Source: a phage. From it: a stretch of DNA of 64,000 nt. Positions 39,081-51,899 of this stretch are shown here, piece by piece. The notes under the pieces were generated by a model, which worked only from the letters and a program-made list of their open reading frames with translations, searched no databases and had not been told where the DNA came from. The translations under genes and the position numbers were made by a program. The first letter of the stretch is position 1. Every line of letters starts with the position of its first letter. The DNA is taken from the sequence record PZ583738.1; one strand, 5' to 3'.

Positions 39081-39101
39081 GTGTTGTATAACCTTATTAA
39101 A

Positions 39102-39920
39102 TTAAGAAATTCGTGATGCTGCGAGAGCAGACAAGTCCGCGAAGGACAGGGTAGGCTTGGCGCCTTTTTCTTCAACTGCTTCTGAAATGTAATTCAGTGC
39201 CGCAGCATCGTCTACATTTTTATTTATAGCGGCTTCGGTGATTGGTTTGTCGGTGGGTTCTACCTGACCTTTAACCATTTCAACGATAGCGCCAATTTTG
39301 GTACCGAATGCATCAGAGTATTCCATGCCTTCTACCAGAGAACCAACTTTTTCTTTCTGAGATTCAGTCAGGTCTTTAGTTGCTTCAGTCAACGCAACTT
39401 CACGTTGGACATAATTGATATAAGCATCACGCTTAGAAACTTCTTCGAACAGGTTAGCGGTTTCTTCTTTCTGTTCAGCCAGTTCTTCCTGCATTTCTGC
39501 AACAACATCAACAGATTCTTCCGGAACAACAACGTTGTGCTCAACGAACAGTTCTTTCATGCTGGTGAACATGGATTCGAACAGGTCAGCTTTAATGCCA
39601 CGGTCGACAGCCAGTTTATTTTCAGCAAGCCATTCTTTAGCAACGTGGTCCAGGAATTTAGCTGCAGATTCTTTCAGTTTTTTCTCTGCTTTTTCGTCGG
39701 ATTCTTCTTTATTCTTTTCGACTTCTTCTTCAGCTTTTTCAGCGATGGCGTGAATGTGAGATTCTGCCAGTTTGATGGCGTGTTGCTTGACGGTAGCTTC
39801 GAATACAGTGCCGAAGGTAGCTTTCGCTTCCGGGGACAAATTAACTGATTCGAAAATACTATCGAGAGCAACGGAAGCATCGATATTCTGAGCTTCGGCA
39901 ATGAGTTGTTCTTTAAGCAT
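39102..39920 (-). CDS. 22: prohead core scaffold protein gp22
   Basis: 272-aa Glu/Lys-rich coiled-coil protein; matches T4 gp22 N-terminus (MLKEQLIAEAQ.IDASVALDSIFESV). Confidence 0.93.
   Translation of the reverse strand: MLKEQLIAEAQNIDASVALDSIFESVNLSPEAKATFGTVFEATVKQHAIKLAESHIHAIAEKAEEEVEKNKEESDEKAEKKLKESAAKFLDHVAKEWLAENKLAVDRGIKADLFESMFTSMKELFVEHNVVVPEESVDVVAEMQEELAEQKEETANLFEEVSKRDAYINYVQREVALTEATKDLTESQKEKVGSLVEGMEYSDAFGTKIGAIVEMVKGQVEPTDKPITEAAINKNVDDAAALNYISEAVEEKGAKPTLSFADLSALAASRIS
39220..39227 (-). promoter_or_regulatory. late promoter TATAAATA (within gene 22 3' region) for gene 23
   Basis: Exact octamer on minus strand ~140 nt upstream of gene 23 ATG. Confidence 0.5.
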
Positions 39921-39949
39921 TTTGTAGTCCTGTTGTTAAGATATACATT

Positions 39950-39957
39950 TATTTATA
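39950..39957 (-). promoter_or_regulatory. late promoter TATAAATA for gene 22
   Basis: Exact octamer overlapping the gene 21 stop, ~30 nt upstream of gene 22 ATG. Confidence 0.65.
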
Positions 39958-40591
39958 ACGTCTTTAAAGCCTCTGCGAGAGCCATAAAGGCGTCATCGGC
40001 ACTGGTATCGGCAACAGCCGTTTGTGATTCTGTAATCTGCTTTGGTTTGACCCAAGCGTCCGGAGCACTTGGCCCCCATACTGCGTCTACTCCAACCGTC
40101 AATTTAAAACCTTCATTAACGATGCTATAACCTTTTGCTGATTTAGTCAGGGAACCAAGTCCACGACTAGATACACCAGGAATCCAACCTGCTCTTATAT
40201 TTGCAGCAAGTTTATCACCTGGACCATGGTCGCCTTCGATAATACGCGCGCGGCCATATACATCATTCCCTTTCCACCACATTTCCTCGATAATAATTGC
40301 CGCCTGCATAGGGTCAACGTTTGCACGAGGTGGATGGTTTAATTCTCCAAGAGACTGCTTGGTTTCAACCTGTTCGGCGATATAGTCCGCAACGGCTTTT
40401 TCCAAAATATGTTTAGGATAAAGTCGTTTATTACGGTTAACAACTTCAGCTTGTAGGAAAATACCTTCAATATAAAGTCCTGGCTTTAAACCGCTGCTGG
40501 AACCATCATGAGATTCCAACATCGGTACACCATCTTTAATTTCGCCCGGTTGACCCCAGTGTTCGATTAGTAACTCTGGTTTCTGTTCCAT
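39953..40591 (-). CDS. 21: prohead protease gp21
   Basis: 212 aa; ELNHPPRANVDPMQAAIIIE.MWWKGNDVYGRAR.IEGDHGPGDKLAANIRAGWIPGVSSRGLGS matches T4 gp21. Confidence 0.96.
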   Translation of the reverse strand: MEQKPELLIEHWGQPGEIKDGVPMLESHDGSSSGLKPGLYIEGIFLQAEVVNRNKRLYPKHILEKAVADYIAEQVETKQSLGELNHPPRANVDPMQAAIIIEEMWWKGNDVYGRARIIEGDHGPGDKLAANIRAGWIPGVSSRGLGSLTKSAKGYSIVNEGFKLTVGVDAVWGPSAPDAWVKPKQITESQTAVADTSADDAFMALAEALKTL

Positions 40592-41019
40592 TAATCAAGT
40601 CCGAATGCTTTACGCTTAGCTCGAGCTTTTTTGCGCTTGCGCTCTGCTCTAATTTGCGTAGATGGGTTTGCTCTTTTCGTTTTAGTAGCCAGACGGGCAA
40701 TTTGACGACGTTTAGCTTTAGAAAGACCAGTTGTTTGGAAAGCATTACGCTTACGAGTAGCTCGGTCTTTTGTGCGGGTTAACTCACCGCGAGACGATAC
40801 ATGTTTAACGATAAATTCGTTAAGCTGAACACCTTCATTCAGAGCGCCGATAACCGTTGCTTTTTCGTATTCACCGGCTGCAAACATGTTTTCTACAATA
40901 ATATTTATATCGTCTTTTTCTAAGGCTTCAGATAATGAATCAAATTGTCCCTGAGCTTCTTCGGAAACACTTTCGATGTTTTCAAGAGTTAATTCGTAAT
41001 CATCAGGGATAATAAACAT
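40591..41019 (-). CDS. 68: prohead core protein gp68
   Basis: 142 aa; position between 67 and 21; basic C-terminus. Confidence 0.8.
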   Translation of the reverse strand: MFIIPDDYELTLENIESVSEEAQGQFDSLSEALEKDDINIIVENMFAAGEYEKATVIGALNEGVQLNEFIVKHVSSRGELTRTKDRATRKRNAFQTTGLSKAKRRQIARLATKTKRANPSTQIRAERKRKKARAKRKAFGLD

Positions 41020-41273
41020 TATTCATCGTCCTCATCTTCATCGTCGTCGCCTTCGTCAGCGTCATCAGATTCTTTTTTGTCTTTCTTTTCTGCTTTACCG
41101 TCGTCTTCATCTTCATCATCTTTAGGCTCTTCGCCTTCAATCATGATGGAACGTGCAATTTCAATCTTACGTTCTTCAATCAAACTACCGCATACTGGGC
41201 CAATGTTTTCAGCAAAATATTTGCGAACGGCTACGAGGTCGTTTGATTTAATGGCTTCAAATAAATCATCCAT
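41019..41273 (-). CDS. 67: prohead core protein gp67
   Basis: 84 aa with highly acidic tail ([33 protein letters not shown]); position. Confidence 0.75.
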   Translation of the reverse strand: MDDLFEAIKSNDLVAVRKYFAENIGPVCGSLIEERKIEIARSIMIEGEEPKDDEDEDDGKAEKKDKKESDDADEGDDDEDEDDE

Positions 41274-42847
41274 TAGAAATCCTCTTCTTCTTCTTCAGGG
41301 TTTTGGAAACGAGCCTCTTTGGACTCCAATTCAATTTGCTTAGCTTCTTGATTAATTTCTTCATCAGACATCTGGAGGAAATCCTTCATAGCCGTTTGAT
41401 GCGAAATATATTTACCGATAAACGGTTCAGCCATCGTTAGCATATTGATTCTGCGTTCCATGATTTCTGCATCTTTCATTTCAGTGAAATAGCTATCACG
41501 GTTGAACGTAACTTTAATATTATTTAGTTCCTTTTCCCATTCCTCTTCTGAAATAATTTTTTTCAGGATAAGGTTGGTTTTAAGTGGGTCGAGGAAAACT
41601 TCTTCAAATTTATTCTGTAGCTGTCGAATCCATTTAGAGAAATTCAATTCATCGCGAGTAATTGTCGCGCCCGCATCAAACATAACACCACTGTTTTGGT
41701 CATTAGGGATACGAGATAATGGAATTCGGAGCGCCTGATATAGGTTGTTCTTAAACCAGCGAACATCGTCCATATCCGACATGCCTTGTGCACCCGGGAG
41801 TGTATCAACTTCAGTGACTGCTTTACCATCACGACGTTGCAACCAATAGTCTTCTGTCATTGACATGTTGTGCTGTTGGTTTTTGATTTTACCCGTAGTT
41901 GCATCATATACGACACGGTTTTTCATCGTGTTCATAATATGTTGCATGTGTGCTGCTGCTTTACGGGACGGCATATTCCCGGTATCGATATAAAAGACTC
42001 GGCGGTCTGGGGCACGAGTTATACGATAAATGACTAAAGCATCTTCTAATAGTTTTAATTGGTTTGCAGGTTTAATTGCTCGTTGCAAGTATCCGATGAT
42101 ATTCTTGCCACAACAATCGAGTAATCCAGAATGCGCATATACAATCGCCGCACGAGGAATTTTTATTTTAGTACCTGCTTCATATATACGACCATCGGCA
42201 CAATAACTTTCATGGCCAGTATCGTATACAAAATATTCTCTGTAACCGTCGACAATTTTTGTACCGTTTTCCATGCGTGTAACGATTTCACGGATGAACT
42301 GGATTTGTCTTGGGTCAAGGCGACGAAGTTCTTGAACTCCATCTTTAAGTTTTGATGGGTTGATAATTTTGTGGAAGAAAATTCGAGAATCCACATACCA
42401 ACGTTTAAAGTGGTCAGAACCTTTGCGCTCGAAATTAAGGAGGTTATTGACTTCCGAGAATTCTTCGAGGATTCGGTCTTTAATTTTCTGACTAAATTCG
42501 GTAGCATCAAGGTTAAGAGCTACAACATCTTTACCGTCTTCAAAAACGATAGCATCAGACACAATTTCTTGCACTGCGTTATCAACTTCATAATTATTTA
42601 GTAAGTTGCGGTAGGTGTCAATTAATTCCCTGGTATTTTTTACTTCAGGTTCATTGCTCCCGAACATCTGTTGCATCAATGCATTATACGGGACGTTTTG
42701 TTCTTGTGACTCAATTTCACGAGCCCCATCATCAAACTTCGGCCCGGTCATTGACTCTAAATTATTTTTTTCTTGTTGCTTATATTCTTGTTCATCTTCT
42801 TTAGCCCAAGGCTTAAGAAAATTTAGTATTGTGTTAAAACCTGCCAT
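41273..42847 (-). CDS. 20: portal vertex protein gp20
   Basis: 524 aa; extensive identity to T4 gp20 ([60 protein letters not shown]). Confidence 0.97.
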   Translation of the reverse strand: MAGFNTILNFLKPWAKEDEQEYKQQEKNNLESMTGPKFDDGAREIESQEQNVPYNALMQQMFGSNEPEVKNTRELIDTYRNLLNNYEVDNAVQEIVSDAIVFEDGKDVVALNLDATEFSQKIKDRILEEFSEVNNLLNFERKGSDHFKRWYVDSRIFFHKIINPSKLKDGVQELRRLDPRQIQFIREIVTRMENGTKIVDGYREYFVYDTGHESYCADGRIYEAGTKIKIPRAAIVYAHSGLLDCCGKNIIGYLQRAIKPANQLKLLEDALVIYRITRAPDRRVFYIDTGNMPSRKAAAHMQHIMNTMKNRVVYDATTGKIKNQQHNMSMTEDYWLQRRDGKAVTEVDTLPGAQGMSDMDDVRWFKNNLYQALRIPLSRIPNDQNSGVMFDAGATITRDELNFSKWIRQLQNKFEEVFLDPLKTNLILKKIISEEEWEKELNNIKVTFNRDSYFTEMKDAEIMERRINMLTMAEPFIGKYISHQTAMKDFLQMSDEEINQEAKQIELESKEARFQNPEEEEEDF

Positions 42848-42895
42848 TAGAGTCTCCGAAGTTTGGGAAATGAGGCCGAAGCCTCATAATAACTT

Positions 42896-42903
42896 TATTT
42901 ATA
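42896..42903 (-). promoter_or_regulatory. late promoter TATAAATA for gene 20, followed by 5'-proximal hairpin
   Basis: Exact octamer on minus strand; GAGGC-CGAA-GCCTC hairpin at ~42872-42886 lies between promoter and RBS. Confidence 0.65.
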
Positions 42904-42904
42904 C

Positions 42905-43396
42905 TTATTCCCACCAGTCAATTGCGAACGTTGTTTCAAACGTCTCAATCTCATTATTGGAGTCCCAATCCATCTGGACTTCCCCAACGTTGGTTGGCCA
43001 CATGCCGGTAATAACAACTTCTTTCGTAATGGTCTTGCCATCACGATGGAACTGGCGGACAGTAGCGGTTTTCTTATAATCAGCAGGAGCTGCACCAGTG
43101 ATTTCGTTAGTCATACCGTGACACAGGTTTTGCCAATCAACAATTGCTTGACGAACTTTATGAGCATCGTCGTTATAAATCGTAATAGTCCAGTCATCAA
43201 ATGTACGGTCACCCGCCACGTTGATTTTACGGTTCATGTAACCGACCGGAACTTTTTCTACAATGCCTGCTGGCATCGGGGCTGCTTTACAATGGAAAGC
43301 AAAGTTTTTACCCAGGAATGGGATTTCGACTTCGAACAGGTTAGGGCGAGCAAAGTCCCCTGACTCGAAGGCCCTGGTGATATCAGTAAGTTCCAT
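42905..43396 (-). CDS. 19: tail tube protein gp19
   Basis: 163 aa; TRAFESGDFARPNLF.VEI...MNRKINVAGDRTFDDWT matches T4 gp19. Confidence 0.96.
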   Translation of the reverse strand: MELTDITRAFESGDFARPNLFEVEIPFLGKNFAFHCKAAPMPAGIVEKVPVGYMNRKINVAGDRTFDDWTITIYNDDAHKVRQAIVDWQNLCHGMTNEITGAAPADYKKTATVRQFHRDGKTITKEVVITGMWPTNVGEVQMDWDSNNEIETFETTFAIDWWE

Positions 43397-43399
43397 AAG

Positions 43400-44083
43400 T
43401 TATTGTTTCCTATGATAATTTTCTATAAATTCTTGTAAATCACGTAAAGATATACTATTATTTATATCCTTCGAACGATTCAATTCCCACGGAATCATTT
43501 CAAGATTTTCAATGTGTCCAATGATTTCGGGGTCGATATTATTGTCAAATCCATACTTGATGGAAACCTTGTGGTCTAATTGATATGCACCTTCAATTCC
43601 AGCTCTTCCGGTCTTTTCAAAATTTGGGAGATTTTGCACTTCAGATTTAAAATTTAATGCGGTGAATTGACGAACTGCATATGCATATCGTTTGAATTCT
43701 CTTAATCTTGGATTATATCGTCCGTTTAATTCCCCTCGAGTATTTATATTGGGAATACCCTTTTTGGATTTGGAGATTTTTACGCCTTTAGATTTTCGAA
43801 TTTTTAGTCCATCTGGTGTGTTCCAAAATTCTTTACGCAAATCCGAATAAATTTCCCATCTATGGCTTTTGCAGAATTGGATATTGATGTTATTTATTTT
43901 ATCTCGTGTAACTGTATATTCAGCTCCACATTCATCACATTTACAATCAACTTTGACTCGGCATCCCAAATGTTCAATGTTGATTAAATGTGTTGTTCCT
44001 ACTGAAACATCATAACCTTGCTCACGCAAATTTGTCACATTTCTATTAGTTACATTAACGAGTTGTTTATCACTTACTATCAT
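43400..44083 (-). CDS. freestanding HNH endonuclease with N-terminal Zn-ribbon, inserted between genes 18 and 19
   Basis: C-terminal HNH core (YQLDHKVSIKYGFDNNIDPEIIGHIENLEMIPWELNRSK); CxxC...CxxH cysteines in N-terminal half; TATAAATA late promoter ~115 nt upstream. Confidence 0.8.
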   Translation of the reverse strand: MIVSDKQLVNVTNRNVTNLREQGYDVSVGTTHLINIEHLGCRVKVDCKCDECGAEYTVTRDKINNINIQFCKSHRWEIYSDLRKEFWNTPDGLKIRKSKGVKISKSKKGIPNINTRGELNGRYNPRLREFKRYAYAVRQFTALNFKSEVQNLPNFEKTGRAGIEGAYQLDHKVSIKYGFDNNIDPEIIGHIENLEMIPWELNRSKDINNSISLRDLQEFIENYHRKQ

Positions 44084-44192
44084 AGTAGCCTCAAATCGCG
44101 CACCAGAGCGATTCTGGGACGATTTTATCCGTGTTATGTATAAACACCTTACTTAAAGGTTGCGTGCTCTATAATCGTTTATAGGAGCTTTA

Positions 44193-44218
44193 TGCTTTTA
44201 TTTATAACACGGTATAAT
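44193..44218 (+). promoter_or_regulatory. middle-promoter-like element (TGCTTTT box, 13-nt spacer, TATAAT, GGGTCTAAT extension) antisense to gene 18
   Basis: Same motif family as 11263, 28880, 34640; no plus-strand gene downstream. Confidence 0.4.
44199..44206 (-). promoter_or_regulatory. late promoter TATAAATA for the HNH gene at 43400..44083
   Basis: Exact octamer on minus strand ~115 nt upstream of the HNH ATG. Confidence 0.5.
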
Positions 44219-44291
44219 GGGTCTAATCTATTCCGTTAAGCAATTACACTCAACCATAATAGGTAAGAGGGGACTTTCATCCCCTAATTTA

Positions 44292-46271
44292 TTATTGTGG
44301 CCCAATCAGCTCATCGAAATTAGCACCGGTGCTTGTTGCTACGAAATTAAGCGTGATGTAGTTGATGCTGCGCGCCGGTTTGAAATAAATGCTGGCAACA
44401 AACTCATTTCGGTCTATGACCGACGGGGTGTTGTTGGTAGTATCACAAACCACACGACCTTCATAAATGCCACCGAGCGCACGAATACCATCCAAGTATT
44501 GAGAAGTTTCCATACGGAATGATGCACGAGTGAAGTTATCGTTAAGCTCAAACAGTTTATATTTGGATGCGTCACCGATATTTTTCTTCAGCATATTCGT
44601 AAGACGGCGAACGTTGATATGGTCCATCGGAGATGGAACTTTAGTTGCAGTCTTATCACCATACAGAACAAAACCATCACCACCTGCGAAACCAACAACC
44701 GGGTTGATAGCTTCCTGATACATGCGGTCACGTTGGGTCTGACGTGGTTCAACAGCCAATTTCAGAACGTTCAGAATCTGACCGCGGTTATAACCTGCCG
44801 GAGACATCCAAGGCTGAGAAACATCATCAGTACGAGCACACAGACCAGCCATATCAGCTGCCAGAGGAACCCAACGGTTAACGTCGTTATATTTATCATA
44901 CTGATATTTATAGTTGCCATCAATCGCTGCATAAGTCGTGCTGATATTCATGTTATCAGTATCAAATGCACCAGCACCTGTACGCCAGTCAATCAGGTTA
45001 TCCACTGCACGGGTCAGAGGAACGTTAACCAACAGACCTTTCGGCGGGGAAATGAATGCCAAGCAATCCTGACGTTCGTCAGCAATAGAAACTACGTGCT
45101 TCTGAACAGTGGAAGCGGTCGCATCACCTTCACCAGCACAAGCACCAGCGATAAGTAGGTTGATATGCAGAGCTTCACGGTCAGCGAACAGGTCCCAACC
45201 TTGCATCAAATCACCAGCGGTAATCTTATCGTTTGCAGAAATACCACCAGACAGATTGATGATACCACTGAAGCCTACAGGCCAGTTGCGAGATGTTGCA
45301 TAGATGTAGTTGGAAGTACCTTTTGCAAAGTAGTCATCCAGGTAAATGTTATTACCATAAACATCTTTTTCGCCCTGCTTAGTAGACAAAACAACGTTTT
45401 CGACGATTGCACCATCGCGGCGAACGATAATTGCATATTGGTTTTCGGTCTGAGGACCATAGTTAAACACTGCACGAGCTATAGAAGCGCGGGAACCACC
45501 ACCGGGGAAAATATCCAGATTTGCAGTTGCGCCTTTTTCAAATTCAGCTTTGGATACGATTTCAACTTCAAGAGTCGAACCAATTTCACCAGGATAAAGA
45601 GCAACAACACCCGGCATTACATATTTTGCCAATGATGCCTGGAATTCCAGAGAAGTAATTGCTTCTTCACTGTTTTCTGCTTCAGTCAACAGAATGCCAG
45701 AATCGGTAACAATTTTTCCGACAGTGATGGTACCAGATACACCGGAAGAAGTGGTCGTAACTTCTGCAGTCCATGCACTGCCCAAATTAGGATACTGATT
45801 AATAGTTTTAGCAAATGCAATAATCTTATTGGTAGGAATAAAGATTGCCAGAATTTTACCATCAACATCGACCTTGGTCACACGGCCAGCTGGTTCAACA
45901 ACAGTCTGGTTGTGTTTAACCTGAATAACATCACCGACAGCATAGTTTGTACCAGCAGTTACGATGGTAGTTTCAATATTGCCAGCAATAGGGGATGCGT
46001 TTTTAGCTTCGTCACGGTTAACAACACGTACAGTACGGAGGTCATTACCATATTGCAGGAAGTTCATCCCACTCATAAAGTAATCTGCTGTTTCATTATT
46101 CGGACCACCAAACAAATCAACAAGTTCAACTTCGTTTGTAATCTGAGTTACCTGGAAAGCTGGGCCCCACTGGAATTTACCAACCAGCGCCGCACGACCC
46201 GTCGCGTTACGAACAACAGTGCTTTGGACCGTTGTTTCTTTGAGCTCAATGCCCGGAGATAATAAAGCCAT
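44292..46271 (-). CDS. 18: tail sheath protein gp18
   Basis: 659 aa; colinear with T4 gp18 (MALLSPGIELKETTVQSTVV..., NVRRL.NMLK.NIG, NYITLNFVATSTGA). Confidence 0.98.
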   Translation of the reverse strand: MALLSPGIELKETTVQSTVVRNATGRAALVGKFQWGPAFQVTQITNEVELVDLFGGPNNETADYFMSGMNFLQYGNDLRTVRVVNRDEAKNASPIAGNIETTIVTAGTNYAVGDVIQVKHNQTVVEPAGRVTKVDVDGKILAIFIPTNKIIAFAKTINQYPNLGSAWTAEVTTTSSGVSGTITVGKIVTDSGILLTEAENSEEAITSLEFQASLAKYVMPGVVALYPGEIGSTLEVEIVSKAEFEKGATANLDIFPGGGSRASIARAVFNYGPQTENQYAIIVRRDGAIVENVVLSTKQGEKDVYGNNIYLDDYFAKGTSNYIYATSRNWPVGFSGIINLSGGISANDKITAGDLMQGWDLFADREALHINLLIAGACAGEGDATASTVQKHVVSIADERQDCLAFISPPKGLLVNVPLTRAVDNLIDWRTGAGAFDTDNMNISTTYAAIDGNYKYQYDKYNDVNRWVPLAADMAGLCARTDDVSQPWMSPAGYNRGQILNVLKLAVEPRQTQRDRMYQEAINPVVGFAGGDGFVLYGDKTATKVPSPMDHINVRRLTNMLKKNIGDASKYKLFELNDNFTRASFRMETSQYLDGIRALGGIYEGRVVCDTTNNTPSVIDRNEFVASIYFKPARSINYITLNFVATSTGANFDELIGPQ

Positions 46272-46299
46272 TTTGAGTCCTCTAATAGTTTGCTTTACT

Positions 46300-48607
<2,308 letters not shown>

Positions 48608-48611
<4 letters not shown>

Positions 48612-49483
48612 AATGGTACCCTATTTTTTCTTGGGGCTGGAGGTGCTGGGTCAACCGGTACAGGAATATCCTGCGAGTAGGTTTGAACAGATTCACCTTG
48701 CCAGTCTTCTTGGTCGACGTCTCGTGGAACGGCTTCCGAATCAACAGATTCGAAATTACCTTCCGGTGCAAGCTCTCTAGAATTTGCAAAGAAGTCAAGA
48801 TAGATAGTACGGATTTCCCCGGCTACTTCCTTAACCGGTGGATATAACCAACCGTTGACTTCGAACATAATGGACCATTCGAGTCTACGACGAGTCATTG
48901 CATCACCTTCAATTTGCTCATCCATAGCAATGGACTGGAGCACGATTCTTATATCACGTTCGAATGTAATTTCATTCGTGTAAAGTTCAGTGATGGTTGT
49001 ATTAAAATGTGGCTGGAAGTAAGGCATGATTTGTTCGATAATCTGGAACATATCATCTTGATGCCTTGTATATATTCCAAGCTCGAAAATCATTTTGACC
49101 GGCACAGGAGAATATTGAGATATCTGCTTGCGAGGGTCGTTATTAGCAAATCGCGCTTGTGTGTGATTCTGGAGAGCCGTTTTATATTGCCCGTTATACA
49201 TCAAGTCAACCATATGTAGGTTCATACGGGGCAATACGGTCTCGATTTTAGCCTTCTGAGCAGCACGTTCTTGTGGTGTCATGTCAGGAGTAGGTGTATT
49301 CTGAATAGCGGTCCATTTTCCAAGCTGCATCATGAATTTTTCTTTTGAAGCATAAGAAATAGGGACCTTAATATATTTAAGTCCAGTGTCTTCTCTGGTT
49401 CTGGCCACTTGTACATGGGAAAATAAATCGCCCATTAAAACGATATAGCGACGCAGAGACGAATTATAAAAATGCCCAAACAA
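48608..49483 (-). CDS. 15: tail sheath stabilizer / tail completion protein gp15 (apparent TTG start)
   Basis: N-terminus (M)[12 protein letters not shown] parallels T4 gp15 MFGYFYNSSFRRY; first codon reads TTG preceded by GGAGG at ~5 nt. Confidence 0.9.
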
Positions 49484-49526
49484 AGTAACCTCCAGGCGCC
49501 CAGTTCGGGCGCATTAATAAATGTAT

Positions 49527-50315
49527 TTATTCATCAAAGAAACTATCGTCAAAGCTATCCTGTTTTGCCTTCGGAGGAGCCTCAAGTCCACGACCATTCT
49601 GCACAAAATATGGTTTAACATATTCAGCTGCTTCTGTGTTAATCTCATCAGATTCTGCATAAGGGATATCGCTGATATCTGTAAGGCCATCAATATTGTG
49701 GATTGGTTGTAAATCGAGCTCGCTGAATTCTGAAATATTAATACCTTCATTCCGTTGCAATTCAGGTTTAAGTTCTTCTCCGGAGTAAATGTATTTGCTC
49801 GCGGTGATTTTACGAATGGCGTTTTGACCTACCTGATAGAATGGGTCGTAAGGTTGCACCCATGTAATTTCGAACAGGCTGTTATCAAGAGGGAAATAAA
49901 TCAAATCCCCTGCAATAGGTTCGGTTCCGTTGCATTGATGTTTAAACAGATTAGGGTTAATCGATATTGTGATTTCATCATTCACAGTCATACCGAATTT
50001 ACTAAAGATAGAACCATCCCCCTGATAAGCATCGAACGTATCCAGATAGCCAGCAAATTTCCATGCTTTATCAAATTTACTCTGGAGGTCTTCACCGAAT
50101 AACAAATCCGGTTTAACGAATTGTCTTGGGATATAATAGAGAGACATTCCGCGCATCTGAATACTTTCAGCAACAATAGCATCAGCTAAAGTCTGGGTAT
50201 TTTCATGATGCATAAAGTTTACATATTGGTTGAGTATCTCTGACGAGTTTGTATTGTCATACCCGGTCCCGTCTTCAAGCCGGGCGAATAAGCTTGCATC
50301 ATAAGAATTACGCAT
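49527..50315 (-). CDS. 14: neck protein gp14
   Basis: 262 aa; position between 13 and 15; acidic C-terminus. Confidence 0.88.
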   Translation of the reverse strand: MRNSYDASLFARLEDGTGYDNTNSSEILNQYVNFMHHENTQTLADAIVAESIQMRGMSLYYIPRQFVKPDLLFGEDLQSKFDKAWKFAGYLDTFDAYQGDGSIFSKFGMTVNDEITISINPNLFKHQCNGTEPIAGDLIYFPLDNSLFEITWVQPYDPFYQVGQNAIRKITASKYIYSGEELKPELQRNEGINISEFSELDLQPIHNIDGLTDISDIPYAESDEINTEAAEYVKPYFVQNGRGLEAPPKAKQDSFDDSFFDE

Positions 50316-50943
50316 AATTCCATAATTTCCATTTTTCGGCTGTACTTTTACATCTGTAAATGACCGCAGCCGGAGTTATTGAATAATATTCTGCACATTT
50401 TCTTCCGGTACAAAATTCTAGGTCGCCAGTAATAATTTTACGTGCCGCCGGATTTTTATCATCAGAAAAATCAGGATGTCGGTCCTTAAAATCAATCCAC
50501 ATTCGCGCCGTTGACTCTTTACGACGTTTTAATCCTTCTTCGGACCATTCTCTTTGTTTTGCGGCTTCCGACATTCGTTTTCTTGATTCAGCTGTTCTCT
50601 TTTTACCAAAAGCAGGAGAATCTTCTGGACGACTATAACCTTCTGGACCACCTCCCCCTGTTGGATGTAAATTTGCACAATTATCAAAACTTTCTAAAAG
50701 TTCACTAACTAGTAAAGCTTCGGCTTCCTTTAATAGAGCAGGTGATTCAAAAGGTTTAGACCAGGTAATATCGACTAAACATTTTCTTCCATATTTTTGT
50801 TTAGCTCGTTTAACAATAGTACCCGACCCAAAATAACTATCCGCTTTAAAATCTTCATATGGCGAATGACGTTTACCGCCATACACCATTACCCCACCAG
50901 ATGTTTCAAATGTCGACACATAAAGTCTATAATAAGTAGCCAT
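50308..50943 (-). CDS. putative GIY-YIG-type homing endonuclease with NUMOD-like DNA-binding motifs, between genes 13 and 14
   Basis: N-terminal Y-x-L-Y ... VYGG pair at GIY/YIG spacing (~11 aa) followed by R, E and N positions; [13 protein letters not shown] (NUMOD3-like) and [24 protein letters not shown] (NUMOD1-like); overlaps both neighbours. Confidence 0.6.
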   Translation of the reverse strand: MATYYRLYVSTFETSGGVMVYGGKRHSPYEDFKADSYFGSGTIVKRAKQKYGRKCLVDITWSKPFESPALLKEAEALLVSELLESFDNCANLHPTGGGGPEGYSRPEDSPAFGKKRTAESRKRMSEAAKQREWSEEGLKRRKESTARMWIDFKDRHPDFSDDKNPAARKIITGDLEFCTGRKCAEYYSITPAAVIYRCKSTAEKWKLWNYA

Positions 50944-51881
50944 TAGCCCACCAATATAGGAGTCGGTGCATCCAGCAGGTCAAGTTCTTCACGAAGACGT
51001 TCTTTTTCCATACGAGCTTCTTCAATTAAACGAACACCATCAACTGTGACGCCACCTGGCATCATCATTCCCTGGTGTTTAGCTAATACGTTGCCATTAA
51101 CTTCCTTAACGAGCGCCGTGGCATAGTCTTTCACCCAACGGTTGTTGTATGCACCATCTTGAAGTCCAAGGTCCTCACCTGCTCTCATGCCGCTTATTCT
51201 GCGCGCCGGGTTATCCCACTGTGCACCAGCATTCCATGGATTATCACAATCGGCCGAAGCAAAACCATAGCCAGCTGTATTGCCTACCATTGAATCCACA
51301 CCGTTATATGATTTGGTATAAACTTCAATTACAATCACATCTCCCTGACGGAAGTTGCCCATAATTTTAAGTTGTTCAGTATCGTCATTATACCAGTAAT
51401 CTGGCAGCGGAACCATCAGGTCTTGCATCATTGAACGGTATTGCATAAGCTGTGTAAAATAACCAAGGTCTGCACCAAAAGCATTTGGTCCAAAGCTGTT
51501 ACATGAGCTACCCATTCCACCGTTAATCCCAGCAAGTCCCAGAACAAAATCTGTGAACCACGGATATGTGGCTTGCCCGTCCATCGAAGTTAATGAACCG
51601 ACGTTAGTACGAATAATCTGCGTTACTGCAAAAATATTACGGCCTTTTAAATCGAAAACACCATCGCGGAATTTCTGCTGTGAAACTTCATCATGGCCAA
51701 TATAAAAAGCCTGATAACCTTTGTTATAACCATTATAGTGATATTCGCCATATAATTCTAATGCGCGCTGGATGCAATCATAAACCTGTTCGGTCGTAAC
51801 TTCGATATTCGTGATTGGCGCACCAAGACGACGAAGGATTGCATCTTTTAATTGTTTCGGGTTGTATGATTCAGTTGCCAT
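50943..51881 (-). CDS. 13: neck protein gp13
   Basis: 312 aa; position; TATAAATA ~20 nt upstream. Confidence 0.9.
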   Translation of the reverse strand: MATESYNPKQLKDAILRRLGAPITNIEVTTEQVYDCIQRALELYGEYHYNGYNKGYQAFYIGHDEVSQQKFRDGVFDLKGRNIFAVTQIIRTNVGSLTSMDGQATYPWFTDFVLGLAGINGGMGSSCNSFGPNAFGADLGYFTQLMQYRSMMQDLMVPLPDYWYNDDTEQLKIMGNFRQGDVIVIEVYTKSYNGVDSMVGNTAGYGFASADCDNPWNAGAQWDNPARRISGMRAGEDLGLQDGAYNNRWVKDYATALVKEVNGNVLAKHQGMMMPGGVTVDGVRLIEEARMEKERLREELDLLDAPTPILVG

Positions 51882-51899
51882 ATGTTTTCCTCTTTACTG

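Noticed and set aside
39405-39848. 147-aa plus-strand ORF rich in Phe
   Set aside because: Antisense to gene 22, whose Glu/Lys-rich codons give poly-Phe/Leu on the opposite strand.
41077-41343. 88-aa plus-strand ORF rich in Ser
   Set aside because: Antisense to the acidic tail of gene 67 (GAA/GAT repeats read as Ser/Leu on the other strand).
44619-45635. Two plus-strand ORFs (179 and 156 aa)
   Set aside because: Antisense within tail sheath gene 18; no RBS; odd composition.
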